Of a stretch of 64,000 nt of DNA, positions 50,701-64,000 are shown one piece after another; position 1 is the first letter of the stretch; each line of letters begins with the position of its first letter. A program made the position numbers and the translations under genes. Location of the stretch: assembly GCA_003693705.1 (NCBI GenBank), contig RBZT01000415.1, forward strand, positions 1-64,000, given 5' to 3'. The notes under the pieces were generated by a model, which worked only from the letters and a program-made list of their open reading frames with translations, was not told where the DNA came from and ran no database searches. Source of the DNA: Polymyxa betae A26-41 (Eukaryota; Protista; Endomyxa: Phytomyxea).

Positions 50701-53700
50701 ATGCTTCATGACGCCATAGAGCGATCAATGTATTGGCAGTTGGTAGAACATCAACAGGTGCGAATAAGATTCCTTGGAAGATTCGACTCAAATCTCTCAT
50801 ATTGAATATGTAATGGAATTTCGAAGGTGTCGGCAACATCTTCGACTTCACTTTCAGCCAGAGACGAATTGTGGCGTCGGTCAGAACAGGGACAATCTCC
50901 AACAGCGCCTTTGACTAAACCACCAAAAACATCAGTGCATCGAAGCTACCCGAAATACAACAGCCTTACGTCTTGGAAGCGTCCTCGACACATTGATCCA
51001 TAAATGTTATCGATCGTTGTACGAGAGGGCGGAGTCATGTTGAACATGAAGAAATGTCGCTTTAGACGATTAGGAATATCATTACGACCACCACCCGGGT
51101 GTGACATTGCAGCAACATATTGCAGGTTTTCAATAACTACAAATCAGAGGAAATCAGCAACAATTAATATCTGATCAAAAGTGAAGAATCACGAACTCTT
51201 TCTGTCACCACGTTTATCTTTGTCGAGAAAGTAAATACCACCGGTTGAAATAAGTTGACGAACGATCTCTAATGTAGGTTGATCACCCCAGGCATTTACT
51301 TCAGGCATTGATAGATCGTCAAGGAAGACGGTCATCTGACGACCACCAGGAGGTGAATACGTCTTGCCTTGACGTTTCTCAATATCTGCTTCGATCGAGT
51401 CTTGAAACATTCGGGCTGTTGTGGCCGATGAAAACGTGATCTTCTTTAAGAGCATTTTATCGGGAGCGAACGTGTTCGTGTATTGAAAGACCGTGCTGGT
51501 CTTGGCTGTTCCTGAACCTCCAGTAACCAATACTGAACGATTCATTCGAGCCAGACTCGAGATCAAATATTCAGCACGAACTGAATCGACGGTCGGAATC
51601 AGAATCGAAGAGAACGTGAAATTCTCTTTCGGGTAATCCCAATCAGGAGCCATCCACAGCTTCCATTCCAACGTTTTCGGGTCAACAAAATGATCGTAAA
51701 TCGTTAAAGTGGGTGGGGCATTCTCAGGGCACATTTCTTTCAGGAATTGACTGAATTTCATACGATCATCAGCTTCTAACAGACCACCCAAAGCCCATGC
51801 CATCGCATATAAAAACAGCCTCTCAATCTGATGGCTGATATAGACAACTTGACGCTCGACAGACGATGCTAACAAAGCCTCTAGAAGGTTAAAGCAGCTC
51901 GTGATATACATGACCTCACTAGACACAATCGTCCCATTCGTGTTCTTAGATAAGAATACAAATACGTCACTGTTCACGATGTAGCGCTCATAAAGGTCAT
52001 TAATCAGGATACGTTCCTCATCACGGCGAGAGATCAGCCAGGCTTCAACGAACGGAGCGTAACCCAAATCTTGACTTGAGACGTAAATAATACCAGCTCG
52101 AGATACAGTTGCAGGTGATGCATTTCTTAAGTTTTCGACCTCGAACAACATACGAACATTATCAGACATTGGAATACGATCACCATTTGCTAATGTTAGT
52201 AGCTTATTATCATCCAGGACGGTATTGAGATTCTCAATCCAGACAGCATCAACAGGTCCATCACAGCATATCCATGTGTGATGATTACGAGTATTATCGT
52301 TATATTTAAACCAGATTGATGAAAATATACCATGAGTCCATTCGCCCGAGATCCGATCATTCTCACCGAACATTTCTTCAGCTCGAATGGCTTTCGGGTT
52401 CATCGTCACCAACAAATGTTTATCCCTCACGGCAGATAGAGCTTCCAATAAGACTTTAACAGCCATCGTTTTTCCACCTCCTGCTGGCCCAACCATCATC
52501 AAACCATGTCGTACAAGACTTGTCTCATAGAGCTGAACAGCTTTTGCTATCCAAGATGGGTGCGGAACAAGTTTGTTTGCTTTGATGGCGTCCATCATAG
52601 CGTTCTCAACATCGGCATAGACGGCCTTAGGTGGATCCGACTGGTTCGGAAACAAATCGTGCAAAAGCGAGATGAACAACGGGACGTCATCGGCGACGAG
52701 TTTCGACATGTTCATATCACGAAGAGTTCGCATCATTAACATCTCTTCTAGCGCCGCTTTTGGCATATTATTGCCAGCATTTACTTCAATTCGTAAATTG
52801 ACACCGGCAGTTCTCAGCACCGATAGAATGTTACGCAGACCGAAATCGTAATGTCGCTGTTTGGAGAGCTGCTCTTCGCAAAGAGCATAAAGGACTCGGA
52901 ACTTCTGAGCCAGAATTGGGAATTCGGTATAGCCGACTGAGGCCAGTTTCACTTTCATGATAATTTCACGATCAGGGACCATCATGGCAACGCCTCGGAA
53001 AAGAGCCTTCAAGTTTTCAGGTAGCTCCTGTCGTCCAGCATAACCGGGATTCATGGTGATGAAGAACCCACAACGTTCATCGAGTGTCACTTCACCACTC
53101 TCACCCGGGAACTGGAATCTCTGAAGACGGGCGCGCATCGCGTTTAGAATCGCCATAATCTGCTGCGCGACGACAGAGAGAACTTCCAAATCGATACGAT
53201 TAAACTCGTCGAAACAGCCCCAGGCGCCAGATTGGCATAAACCTTTGTACAGCTTAGCTGTATCAGTATATCGCATCTGGTCACTGCAGTTGAACACGAC
53301 GACGTACTTGCCCAGGGCACGACCTAAATCTTTAACGGTTTCCGTCTTTCCGGTTCCAGCTGGACCAGCTGGTGCACCTCCAAAGAACATCCCCAGAGCT
53401 TGTGTTAAAGAAATGTAACAACGATCTGTGAGAGGCGTCACCACAAGACGTTCTTTACAGCCAAGATATTCGTAGCAGTAGTTGAAGTTAACGTCAGCAA
53501 CTGAAATGATGCATTCGTCTTCTTCAGGACTCCAAGTAACTCGAAGCTGTTTCTGCCATTGAAAGTCAGTGGCAGCTTTAATCAGCTTCTTCTTATACAT
53601 AGACGATATCGTCTGTAATTCATCACGTTGATGAACCTGGATAGTAACTAATGTCTCGATCTTGGTGCGTTCCATTTTGGTGGGAATATCGCCAACCGTC

Positions 53701-56700
53701 ATTGCCGAAATCTGCGACAGAATTTGCATCTGCTTACGTAGAGCATTGGCCACCGACATCTTATTGCCTCGTGAGGCCAAAACAAGTGCTTGTTGGACAT
53801 CGGAGGTCCACATCAGCTGGATCCCCAACAGTGCTACTTGACCTGGATAGTCGTGCACAAATCGCTCTAAATCGCTCAGATTGAAATCTGCTAATTCAAG
53901 AGCCGCTTTCCTGACGATATGCTTCATAGACTTGCGCATGGTGTCCTCCAGATGACCGAGCCAATCTTCGATATTTCCAACCGCTGGGACATTGTTTGTT
54001 AAAGCGATACGCTCAACGTCTTGAACACCGTAACCAGATGCAAGAGACTTTATAGCGACAATGTTATCGCCGCTGAATTCCACTCGATCAATTGAATCGA
54101 ACACTTTCGAGAAGCACGACTGAACGGCGTCTTTGTCGCTGCCTTGTGATAGAATTACCAACAAGGCCGGATTCGAGACGAAGTAGAACCTCGGGAACTT
54201 GTTACGTTTGGCTTCAAGATAACCATCAAGAGCCTTCTGACAGCTTTCCAGGTCGGTGAACATTGAAGGAAGAATATTCTTGATGTATTCGTTTTGGCAG
54301 CATGCGACCACATTACCGAGCTCTTTGGCCTTCGCCATCAGACGCGAAGTCCACTCTTTGTCGACTTTCAAGAAGACACGAGTGTCAGCTGGCATTTGTC
54401 GAGCAATGTCGCCACCTGTAAAGACAGCCTCCAATGACATCCATAGCTGCTGGACCTTAATCCAGGATTCCAATACATCATTGACATCGGATAGCTTCTT
54501 CAACCAGCCACTCGCTTCTTCTTCAAAAGGTTTAACATGACGCATAGTCAACATCTGACCAAGAGCAGATTGAGATTCTTCAAGCTGTTCAATAACAGCA
54601 TTGATCTTAAACCCGGCCAGTATGACATCTCCACGCTCCTTCCATGTTCCGAATTCGAATTTCATGGTCCCCCAGAGCACATCGGTTTCTTTCAGTTTCT
54701 TCTCAATACCCAGCTGTTTATCAGCGCCATCACAAATTTCCTCAATGTCTTCTTTATACTCGAGCAGACTTGCCTCCAATACAGTTTTCAGCTTGAGTTC
54801 AGCGAAATTTGTGAGGTCGAATTCTTTGCCGGTGATTTCGCTGATCTCTTTCCAATGTCTCTCTCGGATCGATGGTTTTGATAAGTCTTCAAGAAGCGGA
54901 AGAATAGCCAAGAAGTCATTAATAGCCGCCGATAGCTCCTTATAAGCATCCCACGACTTCACCTCCTTATTCAACTTCTTACATTGTGCTGCATACGACT
55001 CGACATTCGATGACATTTGTCCAACAGATGCGATCACTTCCGACCATGGAATCATCTTATATTCGTCGAGGGTCTGTAGAACCTTCTTCCATAAACTATA
55101 CAATGTGTCCAGAAGCCTCAATTCCCTCTTGGTCTTGTCCAGGTCGTCATATTGGCTGACTTCCAGACCAAAAAGCTTCTCACCGGATTTGTACAGTTCT
55201 TGCTTGCGATCTAAATTTTCGAATTCGCGGCGGAATCGGTTAAGTGCCATCATTGCATCAGTGGGCGCCATGTTGGGCACCATTGGACCTGATCGGTCAT
55301 ATTCCTCCCGGAAGAGTTTAACATCGATTTTGAATTGTTCAATGTTGGTAATCAGATCCTCCTTGAACGGACCTTGAAGTTTGTTGACATTATCAAGAAC
55401 TTGTTCAGCTTGCCCTATCGCTGCTTTCCAATTACCAATCAGGACAGATCTTTCATCCATCTCATTCTTGGTTATCACCCCAAATGGCAAATACTTTTCC
55501 AGAGTGTTATAGCGTTCGGTTATTGATAAGAATTCCATATCAATCCATGATTCAACTTTCCGAACTTCTTCCAATGTATCCATAATAAATTTCAACGATG
55601 TCATATCTTTCACTTCACGAGAAAGTTTTGTCTGGAAGTCCTTGATCTTTTCGGTTAATTTTTCAAGGTCGCCTTTCACTTCCTGATGTAGGCTTTCAGA
55701 AAACTGGAACTTCCATCTATCACATTCGTGTTTTAACTGCAGTTTGAGATTCTCTGTACGAAGGTTCAATGCAGTTAAGCGCTCGAAATCTGGCAGAGCT
55801 TCGATTTCTTTCTCGATTTCGACGAATTTCTGCAGCTCACCCAGAAAATCGTCGAGTGTTCGGTTTTTGTTAGCAATAAAGTCAGCATAGGCTTGTTCGG
55901 GATCTCTAAGCCATAGCCATGAATACTTGCTGAACTTTACAAGATGCGATTCGATGTGCTTTTTGGTCTGTTCAACAGCACCGGCTAACAGAAGGAGATT
56001 GATGACGATGGTTTTATCGGCAGCAAGATTCTCATAGAATGGAATGCCACGTCGACTAACGCCTTCAGTTTCATAATCCCAGTCACGAATTTGTTGGGAG
56101 CAGTTGATAATCTCTTGTCCAGCTTGGCAGATCGCTTCCTAATCAGTAAAGTTAGTAATGCTACAAATATAAAAGGGAAATAGTGCTTACCTGAACTTGA
56201 TCCAATTTCGGGTTTAAACACACATCCGGAACTTGCAACGAGATATCAACTTCAAAGAATGCGATATGATTTCCATCTTTCGAATTCGATGACGCACGCT
56301 TTTTCAGCACGTTTAAGGAGTTTCTTGTGCAGTTTAGTAAAGCATGGTACATAAGCCCTTTACCAGCATCAACAGTTGATTAAGGATGCAGCTACAAATA
56401 ATTTACCTGAGTAATACTGTTTAACTTTGTTAATATCACGAGTAGATGTCTTAGCAATATATGGATCAAGTGGATAATTCATGACAGCCGCAATTAAATC
56501 ATCAACGGCTCTCTCCACCTCCAGGTTCTTCTGCAATAGAACACGTTGACATTTCTGAATATGAGCGCGTTGCCGCTTGACAAATTCAGCAACTGGCAAA
56601 GCCCCATCTGAAGGAATATCCACCAACAAAACGCGCCCAATCATTTGCAGATTCTTCCGGATGCGATTTTCAACGATGTCGTTAATATTGCAGAGTAAAT

Positions 56701-59199
56701 ACTCGAGCCGGGCGATTCCGTTCTTAACGTGCGCCAGGAACGATTCGATTGACATTGAAGTCCAGTTCATGGTGGTCATTCCTGGACGAATCTTGTTTTC
56801 CAAATCGAGCAGATGCGGTTTCAGAAGCGATCCCGTAACTGGCGATACTAAATGAACAACACGGTTGTATGACGACAGGACATGGGACACTTCGTTGTAA
56901 AACCCTTTAAGCTTGTCTTGCAGTAATAAAACCACCGATGCTGATGGTGGAATTGTGAAGCCCATCAGACGCAGGTTCTTCGCTTCTCTCATCAGCATAA
57001 AGACACGCCGGTCAAAGTTGACATAAAGGCGTCCATTGTCAGGATGGCGAACAATTAAGCGCGATTGCAAACCGAGTTTCGCCTGTTCAGTTGAATCACA
57101 CCAAGCCTTAAACCAGAGAGTCTCGAACTCGATCAATACACGAGCAAGCTTGTTGTAATGCTTAACGATCTTGCGTGATTCCTTCGGATGGAACACTTTG
57201 GGATTAGCTTTGAATTTCTCCATCGGGCCAGTAATTCGACGAAGTAATTGCCGAGACCAATGAATATTTCCAGAGATCTTTGGGAAATTTCTGGGAATTG
57301 GTGGATCCGTCTTATACTTTTCATACAGATCCTGAATTTGGTGAAGTTGGGCACCATATGACTTGAATATCATCTGATATTTGTGGTCAAGTTCTTCTTG
57401 GAGAGCCTCTCGGTGAAGTATCGAGCGGAACTGCTTCAGCAACTGTAAACTCTGATCGATTGAGACAATTCGGGAGAATGATCTCTCAATAAACTCTTGA
57501 ATGGCATTTTCCAGCGCTGAGTTGTTCATAGTGAACTCGACGAAATCGCGCTCGAAAGCCGTGTTTGTGTAGTCAAGCAGATCGTGGCCTTTGGCTTTGA
57601 AATCGATAATGAGTTGCGAGAACTTCTCGTTAACGTTTTCCATGCCGTCGATTTTTTGGTCCTCTAGTGCTGAGAACTGCCTAATCGAGGCGAATACATC
57701 GCCAAGCTTCTCCAGCCTTCGCCCGAATCTCTCAAATCGACCAAATATTACATCCTCGTCAAAGGCGAATTGTTTCCCCTTCGCCATCGAAAGCAACTTC
57801 CGTTTAGTTGTTCGATATTCGGTCCTTCCAATATCAGTTAAAACATGGATGGGTGTATATTACGTCGACCTACTGGTAATCGTCAAAAAGCTTCAAGCAG
57901 CAATTGATCTTCTCAACGACAAGTTGTGGATCTTTATCCCAAAGTTTACGAGGTTCCTCTTTTCCGTATATTTCAGCTTTACAGGCGATGATTAGCTGGT
58001 TTGTGATGCGAACGAAAAGATTCGTCATCCTCCGCAAAGTTGAGTAATGTCTCGACAATGTATGGATCATTTTCATCGAGTTCATGATGGCACCCAGCGC
58101 ATCCGATATTGCTGCAGGTGATTCCGAATAAAGCGGCTCGATGAACTTCCTCAAGTTTTCTAGAAACCTCACATTATCTTTAGCTTCGTTCAACGCATCC
58201 GACAAAGCTGCATCAGTCTGAAGCAATATTGACACGCTGGTATGCAACATATGACATTGTTACCTCTCGCCATTGATCTAATAGTTCTAGGATGGAAAGA
58301 GCTGATGCCTGATCATGATCAGCAACATGAGCGACATGCTTCTTAGCAGAGCTAATAACACTAATAACAGTTTGATACGAGGGCTGCTTCAATTGTTCCG
58401 TTATCTTTGTAAGAGTTAACATTCGTCTATTCCATCTTTCGATCTCGACTTCAGGTCCAGTCGTTATTGAAGACGGGTCCATATGCTCGTCGTTGTCGAT
58501 ATAACGCTTGATAGTCAATCGCCACGATTTCTGTAATTCCATGCAAGCTTTCAGGAGCGCTGAGTCCTTAGCAGCATGATCATATGCCGAAGTTGTGGTC
58601 CCTATTGCAGCAATTTCTGGCGTGATCTCTTCAAGCTGTAGATCGCTACCCATATTGGCAATTATTCTTCGTAATCCTTCACCAAATTTTGTAGCGTTCT
58701 GTAAGAAGGATGTTCTGTCAGATTCGGTCTTGATTTGACCCCATCCTTCTGGGTTAGAAAGCGCAGGTAGGCTTAATTTCGATAAGATCACCTCCATTTG
58801 GCTGAGCATGTTAAGCTGGACATCACCAGAGAGAACGGTCTCATCACTGCCCGCCTTCAAATTCACCGGCTTCTCTCGAGTTCTAATGAAATACACAGCA
58901 CGATCATTGAGCTGATCGTGGCTGTTTTCGCCTTCAGGCTTTCCTGTGCAATGAACTCTTATAATGGGAGCAGGAACGCCTGGCGCCTGAGCGTGTACGT
59001 CGTCATTTTTGGCCACAGGAGCACGTACTCCATAGAAGAAGATTGTGGGATGTAGCTCGTTTCCGCATTTGATCTCAGTATTGAGGAAATTATCCACAAT
59101 GGCACCATCCGATTTTAAACATTCTTCGACTAAAGTTTCAGGAACGCTGAGGCCATCAGCCACTCGGCTGATCATCCATTTATGGCGCGCTGTGGCCAT
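44735..59199 (-). CDS. Axonemal outer-arm dynein heavy chain, gamma type (DNAH5/DNAH8-like)
   Basis: P-loops [24 protein letters not shown] and GVGGSGRQS. Also [39 protein letters not shown] and [11 protein letters not shown], plus a long DHC_N1 tail. About 13 short introns. Confidence 0.93.
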
Positions 59200-59708
59200 T
59201 CCGCTTAGCAGCGAACCAAATGGCCACTATGACTGTTTAAGCACTATAAAAATGAACCGATCCTGAACCGTACCGAATGTGACGCTGACAACTTTGTAGA
59301 CTATAGAGCATCATCTACGCCAGAATTTGAATCAATTTGTGAAAGAAACGGTGCCATCTCTGAAAAATTTGTTTATATGAAGACCTGCGTAAAGTTTGTG
59401 CTTTGTTTTAGTACGGAATATGGATAGAAAGCGTCCTCATATATGTTCAGAGCATTGAAGCATGATCGCATAGGATGGATAAAGATCCATGATAGTATGA
59501 AGCAAGGACTTGAACATTGATGGTCACATGGGATCAATCCAGTTGTGATTAATGCCAGGTCGCTCGCACCGCAATCGAATCTTGGTCATGGAAAGATGGT
59601 TATAACCCCTTGTTGTCTCAAAATCGCACAAATCAACCATTAAATATTACGGGGGTAACCTCGTTCTACGATTTAGTAATCATCACCGGCTATACGATAT
59701 AGCCGATC

Positions 59709-61620
59709 ATGACCCGCTTGGTGCTTTCTGCCAACGAGGCCCAGAAGCGCTGCGGCAATCAGACTTTTGACAGACTATTCTATCTTCATATTGTCCTGCT
59801 GGTGGTCATGACAGCCTGTTCAGTTACCGTTTGGGTTGTTATGAGACGAACTCACATCGAATCTCTTGTATTAACTCAAGTTTGGGCTGAAAATCATTAT
59901 CAACTAATTAGAGAAGCCAACCTCAACCGATTGTTGATGCATGCTCATATCACCCAGGATCAGAATACGGTCACCCATATATTCACTCAAGCAGAGAAGG
60001 ACCTGGGCATGTTCGAGCAAGCGTTTAACAATGCTAAGCATAACAACGCCATTTTCACATCAGATATCTGTACAAGCATTGAAAGCTGGCTGAATAAGAT
60101 GCGGGAAGCTGTTAATAAGCGAACAACACTTCTGGCTGTCGAAGGCGCAGATGATTCTCAAAATGCTAAAGTTGCATTATGGAAGGTCGTTACTTCATAT
60201 AACGAGAAAATGAAGAACTCGATCAATTATCGTGCTGATGTTATCGGAATGGTGTTCTTGGGGATTTCAACCTTCTTGGTTATCGTCTTAATGTTCTTGG
60301 TCCGTGCTGAATATTTACAACAACAAGCCACTATACAGCTAGCTGAAGAACTTGCAAGTGTTATTCACGATGTTCGAACACCACAGCAAGTCATTGTATC
60401 TGCAATTGCACTTTTAACACAGCCGGGAATGCAACCAGAAGATACCTCTGAGCTTATTCAGGTTATCTCAGATTCGTGTTCGGCTACTCAACGCTTACTG
60501 GACACCGCATTATTACGAATTCGTGCTCGAGCTGCGCCCGAACCAATTCCTCTTCCGTGTTTATTTAGAAGTGTCTCCAATATCCAGAGTGTGGCATGTC
60601 GTGATAAAGGCCTCGAGTGGCGCTTCTCGTTTTTTAAAGCAGCAAAAATCTCGGCTTATTTTGACAGAGATGCAGTTCTTCAGATTGTTGTAAGTCCACT
60701 ATGCTCGTCAGTATTCATGTGATAACAAATTTCAGAACAATATTGTATCAAATGCTATTCGATATACAGACAATGGTGCTGTGGCATTATCTGTCGACAT
60801 CCAGTCATCAAAGAAACCGAAATTCCCTTGGTGCAATGATGCTTTATCTGCTAAACATCTGCTTGTGATCACGGTGGCAGATACAGGGCGCGGAATTCCC
60901 AAAGAATCTATGGCTGTTATATTCCAGAAATTCCAACAAGTGAAATCAGGAAGTGGGTTCGGTATCGGTCTGTTTACAGTAGCAAGGCTGATTAATAGCG
61001 CTAATGGATGTATTGATCTATGGAGTGAACCTGGAAAAGGGACCAAGTTCGTTGTTACTATTCCAATACGTGCTCTAGCTCCATTTAATATTGAAGATGA
61101 GAGTATTGTTGATAACAGCACTCACACATCTGTACAATCTTCTCACAATAAGCCGAGCTCGCTTTGTCTCAAGATTGCATTACTGGACGATGACGCCATC
61201 ACGATGAAGCTGTCGAAACGAATCCTGGTCTGTGCAGGTCATAAGATTCTCGTTTTCAATAACGGTGTCGACCTTCTGGAAAACTTCCATGGCGCCGACG
61301 TCATTGTTTCTGATGTGAACATGCCGGGTGGCATGACAGGAATGGAGGTTGCATCACGATTGCGTGCTGCTGGATATCAAGGGGCATTAATCGCTCACAC
61401 TGGCGATAATTTCGCCTACGAATCGTGTATTGAAAGCGGGTTCGATGCTGTGTTGGCGAAACCGTCGTCGGCGTCCGCCTACATCGGAACGATCGAGTCG
61501 GTCTATATGAAGCGGAGATCCCGATCGAAAAGCGGTGCTGAATTAATAACGAATAACTCGCATGACGACGGCTGTGAAAATCTCAACCCAGAGTCAACGT
61601 CCTCTAATGTCGAGGCGTAA
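59709..61620 (+). CDS. Transmembrane hybrid sensor histidine kinase (TM-sensor-TM-HisKA-HATPase-REC), 2 exons
   Basis: Two hydrophobic segments. H-box SVIHDVRTP, N-box QIVNNIVSNAIRYT (across intron 60690-60735), G1 VADTGRGI, F-box IFQKFQQ, G2 GFGIGL and GKGTKF. Receiver LLDDD...VSDVNMPG...AHTGD...LAKP. Confidence 0.93.
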
Positions 61621-61806
61621 AGAAATGACGTCATCGAGTTATTAATTCAAGGATTCGATTTGGTAGGATTTTTACTTCAACGCTGATCACAGACCTATGG
61701 TTTAACATTCCCCTACTATTTCCCTTATTACGAGGCGTACATCAAACTAGATCTAATTAAACACATATCTATGCCAATTTCTTGAAAAAGTATACGTGGA
61801 TTTTAT

Positions 61807-63226
61807 TTAAGCGGAATGTGAGGCTCTCTTCAATACAAGCTGAAAATCATCAGATTGTTGCTCAACATGGTAGTTTACAGCACAGCCGATATCTTGCAAG
61901 CATAACCTGAATAGTAATTTGAGATAAACGGTCTCTAATTAGAACATTTACATACGGGCAGTGTCCTTTTTCGATGATCCACGAATCACAGCATCCATGA
62001 TGGAAGCGATGAGCACAAGTTAAATCTCTCACGAGATCATTTGCCCGGTACGCCTCTAAACAGATACTGCAACGAATGTTCTTCATGCATGAACTATCTC
62101 CGAATCGTTTTAAAGGAATTGATGCAAGCACAGTCATGTTCTGCAACCGTTTTCGCTCGGAATCCTCTTCATGTGGCGAAGATGATCCAACTGAAGAATG
62201 CGTCTGGCTCTCAGTCGATGACCTCTGTGGCCGATACACGAACAGAAGTATGACGGTTGGGGCCAACAAACAGAAGATGAAAATCGCCAGAAGCAACGTT
62301 CGTGCGAACAGAGTCCAGTTCCAAGCGATCGGGACATGGACAGGCAACGATCGTGCTTCAATCGTAATGACACAATCTTCATCACATCGCATTAGAACTA
62401 GATGGAAATCTTTGGCGATTCTCAGGCTGTAATGGTCGGCTGGGACGTCTGGTTTGGATGAAAGCACCCGGGCTAGTCCACCGGTTCGTAGATCGTTCTC
62501 GCTGGTCGCCGATAGATAGATCGTTTGGCGACACGACCCATCGGCAACGATATCCACGCCCGGCGGCTGAGTTTGAATGGCGACCTGATTCAGTTGACCG
62601 GCAGGTAAAAACACAGATACAGGACGATCATGGCGTATCATGGGGGCGATAACACCGCTCAGAACGAAAGAAACGGGATCTGAATCAGTATTGGTGTTAT
62701 CAGCCATGACAGTCAATGTCAATGAGCATGGATGATTAGCGGAAGGCGATCGATGCAAACAGAGCGTCGATAACACAGCCGGTTTCAGCAGAATCGACGC
62801 CTGCCCATTTCTGGGGCGTGATTCCATGAATTTTCCAGCGTTCGACACAATCAGGCGAAGATCGCGACCGTCATTGAAGTTTCGGTTATTGCGAGAGATC
62901 TCGAACATGATCGCTTGCTCGTACGTATCGACACGAATGGCGTTCACGTATGATAAAGCCAAGTTGTTAAGCAAGCCATCAATTTGGAAACGGCCATAGG
63001 CGTTGAACGGAAGCGAACTATTCGAGGCTATTTTGGAAGGAAGCGCGTCATGAAACAGTGAGCCTTGACGATGAGGCTGTTGCGAAGAATCAACACGAGT
63101 TTGATAGTATTGAATGGATGTAAAGGCGATGGCCACCAAAGCGACGGCCAAAGACATGAGTTTGAATGGTATCGGTTGTCGGGACGATCCATACCCGATC
63201 GTATCAACCATCGTCGTCACCGCCAT
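61807..63226 (-). CDS. Membrane-anchored RING-H2 E3 ubiquitin ligase (2 exons)
   Basis: N-terminal hydrophobic segment, luminal domain, second TM (LLLAIFIFCLLAPTVILLFVY), then CSICLEAY...LTCAHRFHHGCCDSWIIEKGHCP|LC completed across a gtatgt...cag intron. Confidence 0.9.
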
Positions 63227-63835
63227 TGCTGCGTCGAGAACGGCGGATGATTTTGGGGAATGCTGCCAGTTCCGTCTTGATTTGGGACGGAATCAACCGA
63301 TTGAATGTTGGCCATTCCGTGCTCCATTCCGATCATTGACTCACGCCTAAATAAACTCCTAATACCAATTCCAGCAACTTCATCAAAATTTCAGCAAAAG
63401 GAAGCGCTTTACACAAACGCACTTAAAGGCTGTACTGTGCATACATACATGATAGGTAATTGGATATTCATTTAGGCAGTTAAAATCAAAGGTTTGACAA
63501 ATCAAATCCATTGATGCGAAGACATCCGATCCTAGTATTTCTGATCTTTAAGATGTGATAATCACATGCAGACAAGGCCGTTTGTAAGTTTACTCGACAC
63601 GGTCACCCAATCCAGACAATATCTACAATTCATGATGCAGGTAAACCGATTCAATCTTACCCATAAAAGGTCTATGAAAATCGTTTTGAAAATGAAAAGC
63701 ATTCGGTGTTGAATGAGTGTTGATCCGTAAACATCTTGCGCACTGTGTAACAGAACAAATTGCGTACGTAAGTACCAGTCAGCGCAGTGAGTAAAATGAG
63801 CACGTATACTTAAAACAGAATGAACTCAGAAATGC

Positions 63836-63907
63836 GTGACGTGGCGCATTATTGGGGGACCAAAGCGGGCGCGTCATGAGTGAACGTAATGTGGGTGCCG
63901 TATAAAG
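63836..63907 (+). promoter_or_regulatory. Possible core promoter of a gene beyond the window (TGACGTGG element plus TATAAAG)
   Basis: GC-rich tract with tgacgtgg at about 63837 and tataaag at 63901-63907, inside otherwise AT-rich intergenic DNA. Confidence 0.25.
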
Positions 63908-64000
63908 GTGCAACCCCCTTAACCATACATACAGGACATTGTCTCATGTCTACTGCATCTGCCAGCGCGTCTCTTAGGGTCATTTGCCGATAATTGGATC

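Noticed and set aside
1-64000. Fragmented ORFs suggesting pseudogenes, stop-codon reassignment or programmed frameshifting
   Set aside because: Every break examined is explained by a short spliceosomal intron with the standard code, except the single C2H2 indel.
1-64000. CRISPR arrays, prokaryotic defence/operon systems, rRNA, intact transposons
   Set aside because: No repeat-spacer periodicity, no transposase/RT/integrase motifs and no rRNA signatures were seen. The gene content is eukaryotic.

Overview
This is not prokaryotic DNA. It is a very gene-dense segment of a eukaryotic nuclear genome from a flagellated protist, with many short (mostly about 45-55 nt) GT-AG spliceosomal introns and tiny intergenic spacers. 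The style is consistent with a plasmodiophorid/Phytomyxea-type rhizarian, but that assignment is inference only. The ORF track fragments splice into about 23 genes: adenosine deaminase, soluble fumarate reductase (Osm1/Frd1 type), a TOPBP1/Cut5-like BRCT protein, cytoplasmic dynein-2 heavy chain (IFT dynein), an EFHB/CFAP21-like protein, a secreted L-type lectin, an ankyrin protein, a VTT/Tvp38 membrane protein, COG4, an orphan, MED6, a frameshifted C2H2 zinc-finger gene, lysyl-tRNA synthetase, complex I 24 kDa subunit, TFIIH p62, an uncharacterised secreted protein, a double-PH protein, a DENN protein, oligoribonuclease, an outer-arm gamma-type axonemal dynein heavy chain, a membrane hybrid histidine kinase and a membrane RING-H2 ligase. 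I found no rRNA, tRNA, CRISPR array or intact mobile element. I cannot demonstrate a new multi-gene system. The best leads are a bacterial-style sensor hybrid kinase head-to-head with the outer-arm dynein gene, a motif pair shared by both dynein promoters, an uncharacterised secreted putative glycosidase-fold protein, sharp GC patchwork inside exons, and several splicing oddities (GC-AG introns, micro-exons, an intronic hairpin, stopless 3n introns). All exon boundaries were inferred by eye from reading-frame continuity and splice consensus.
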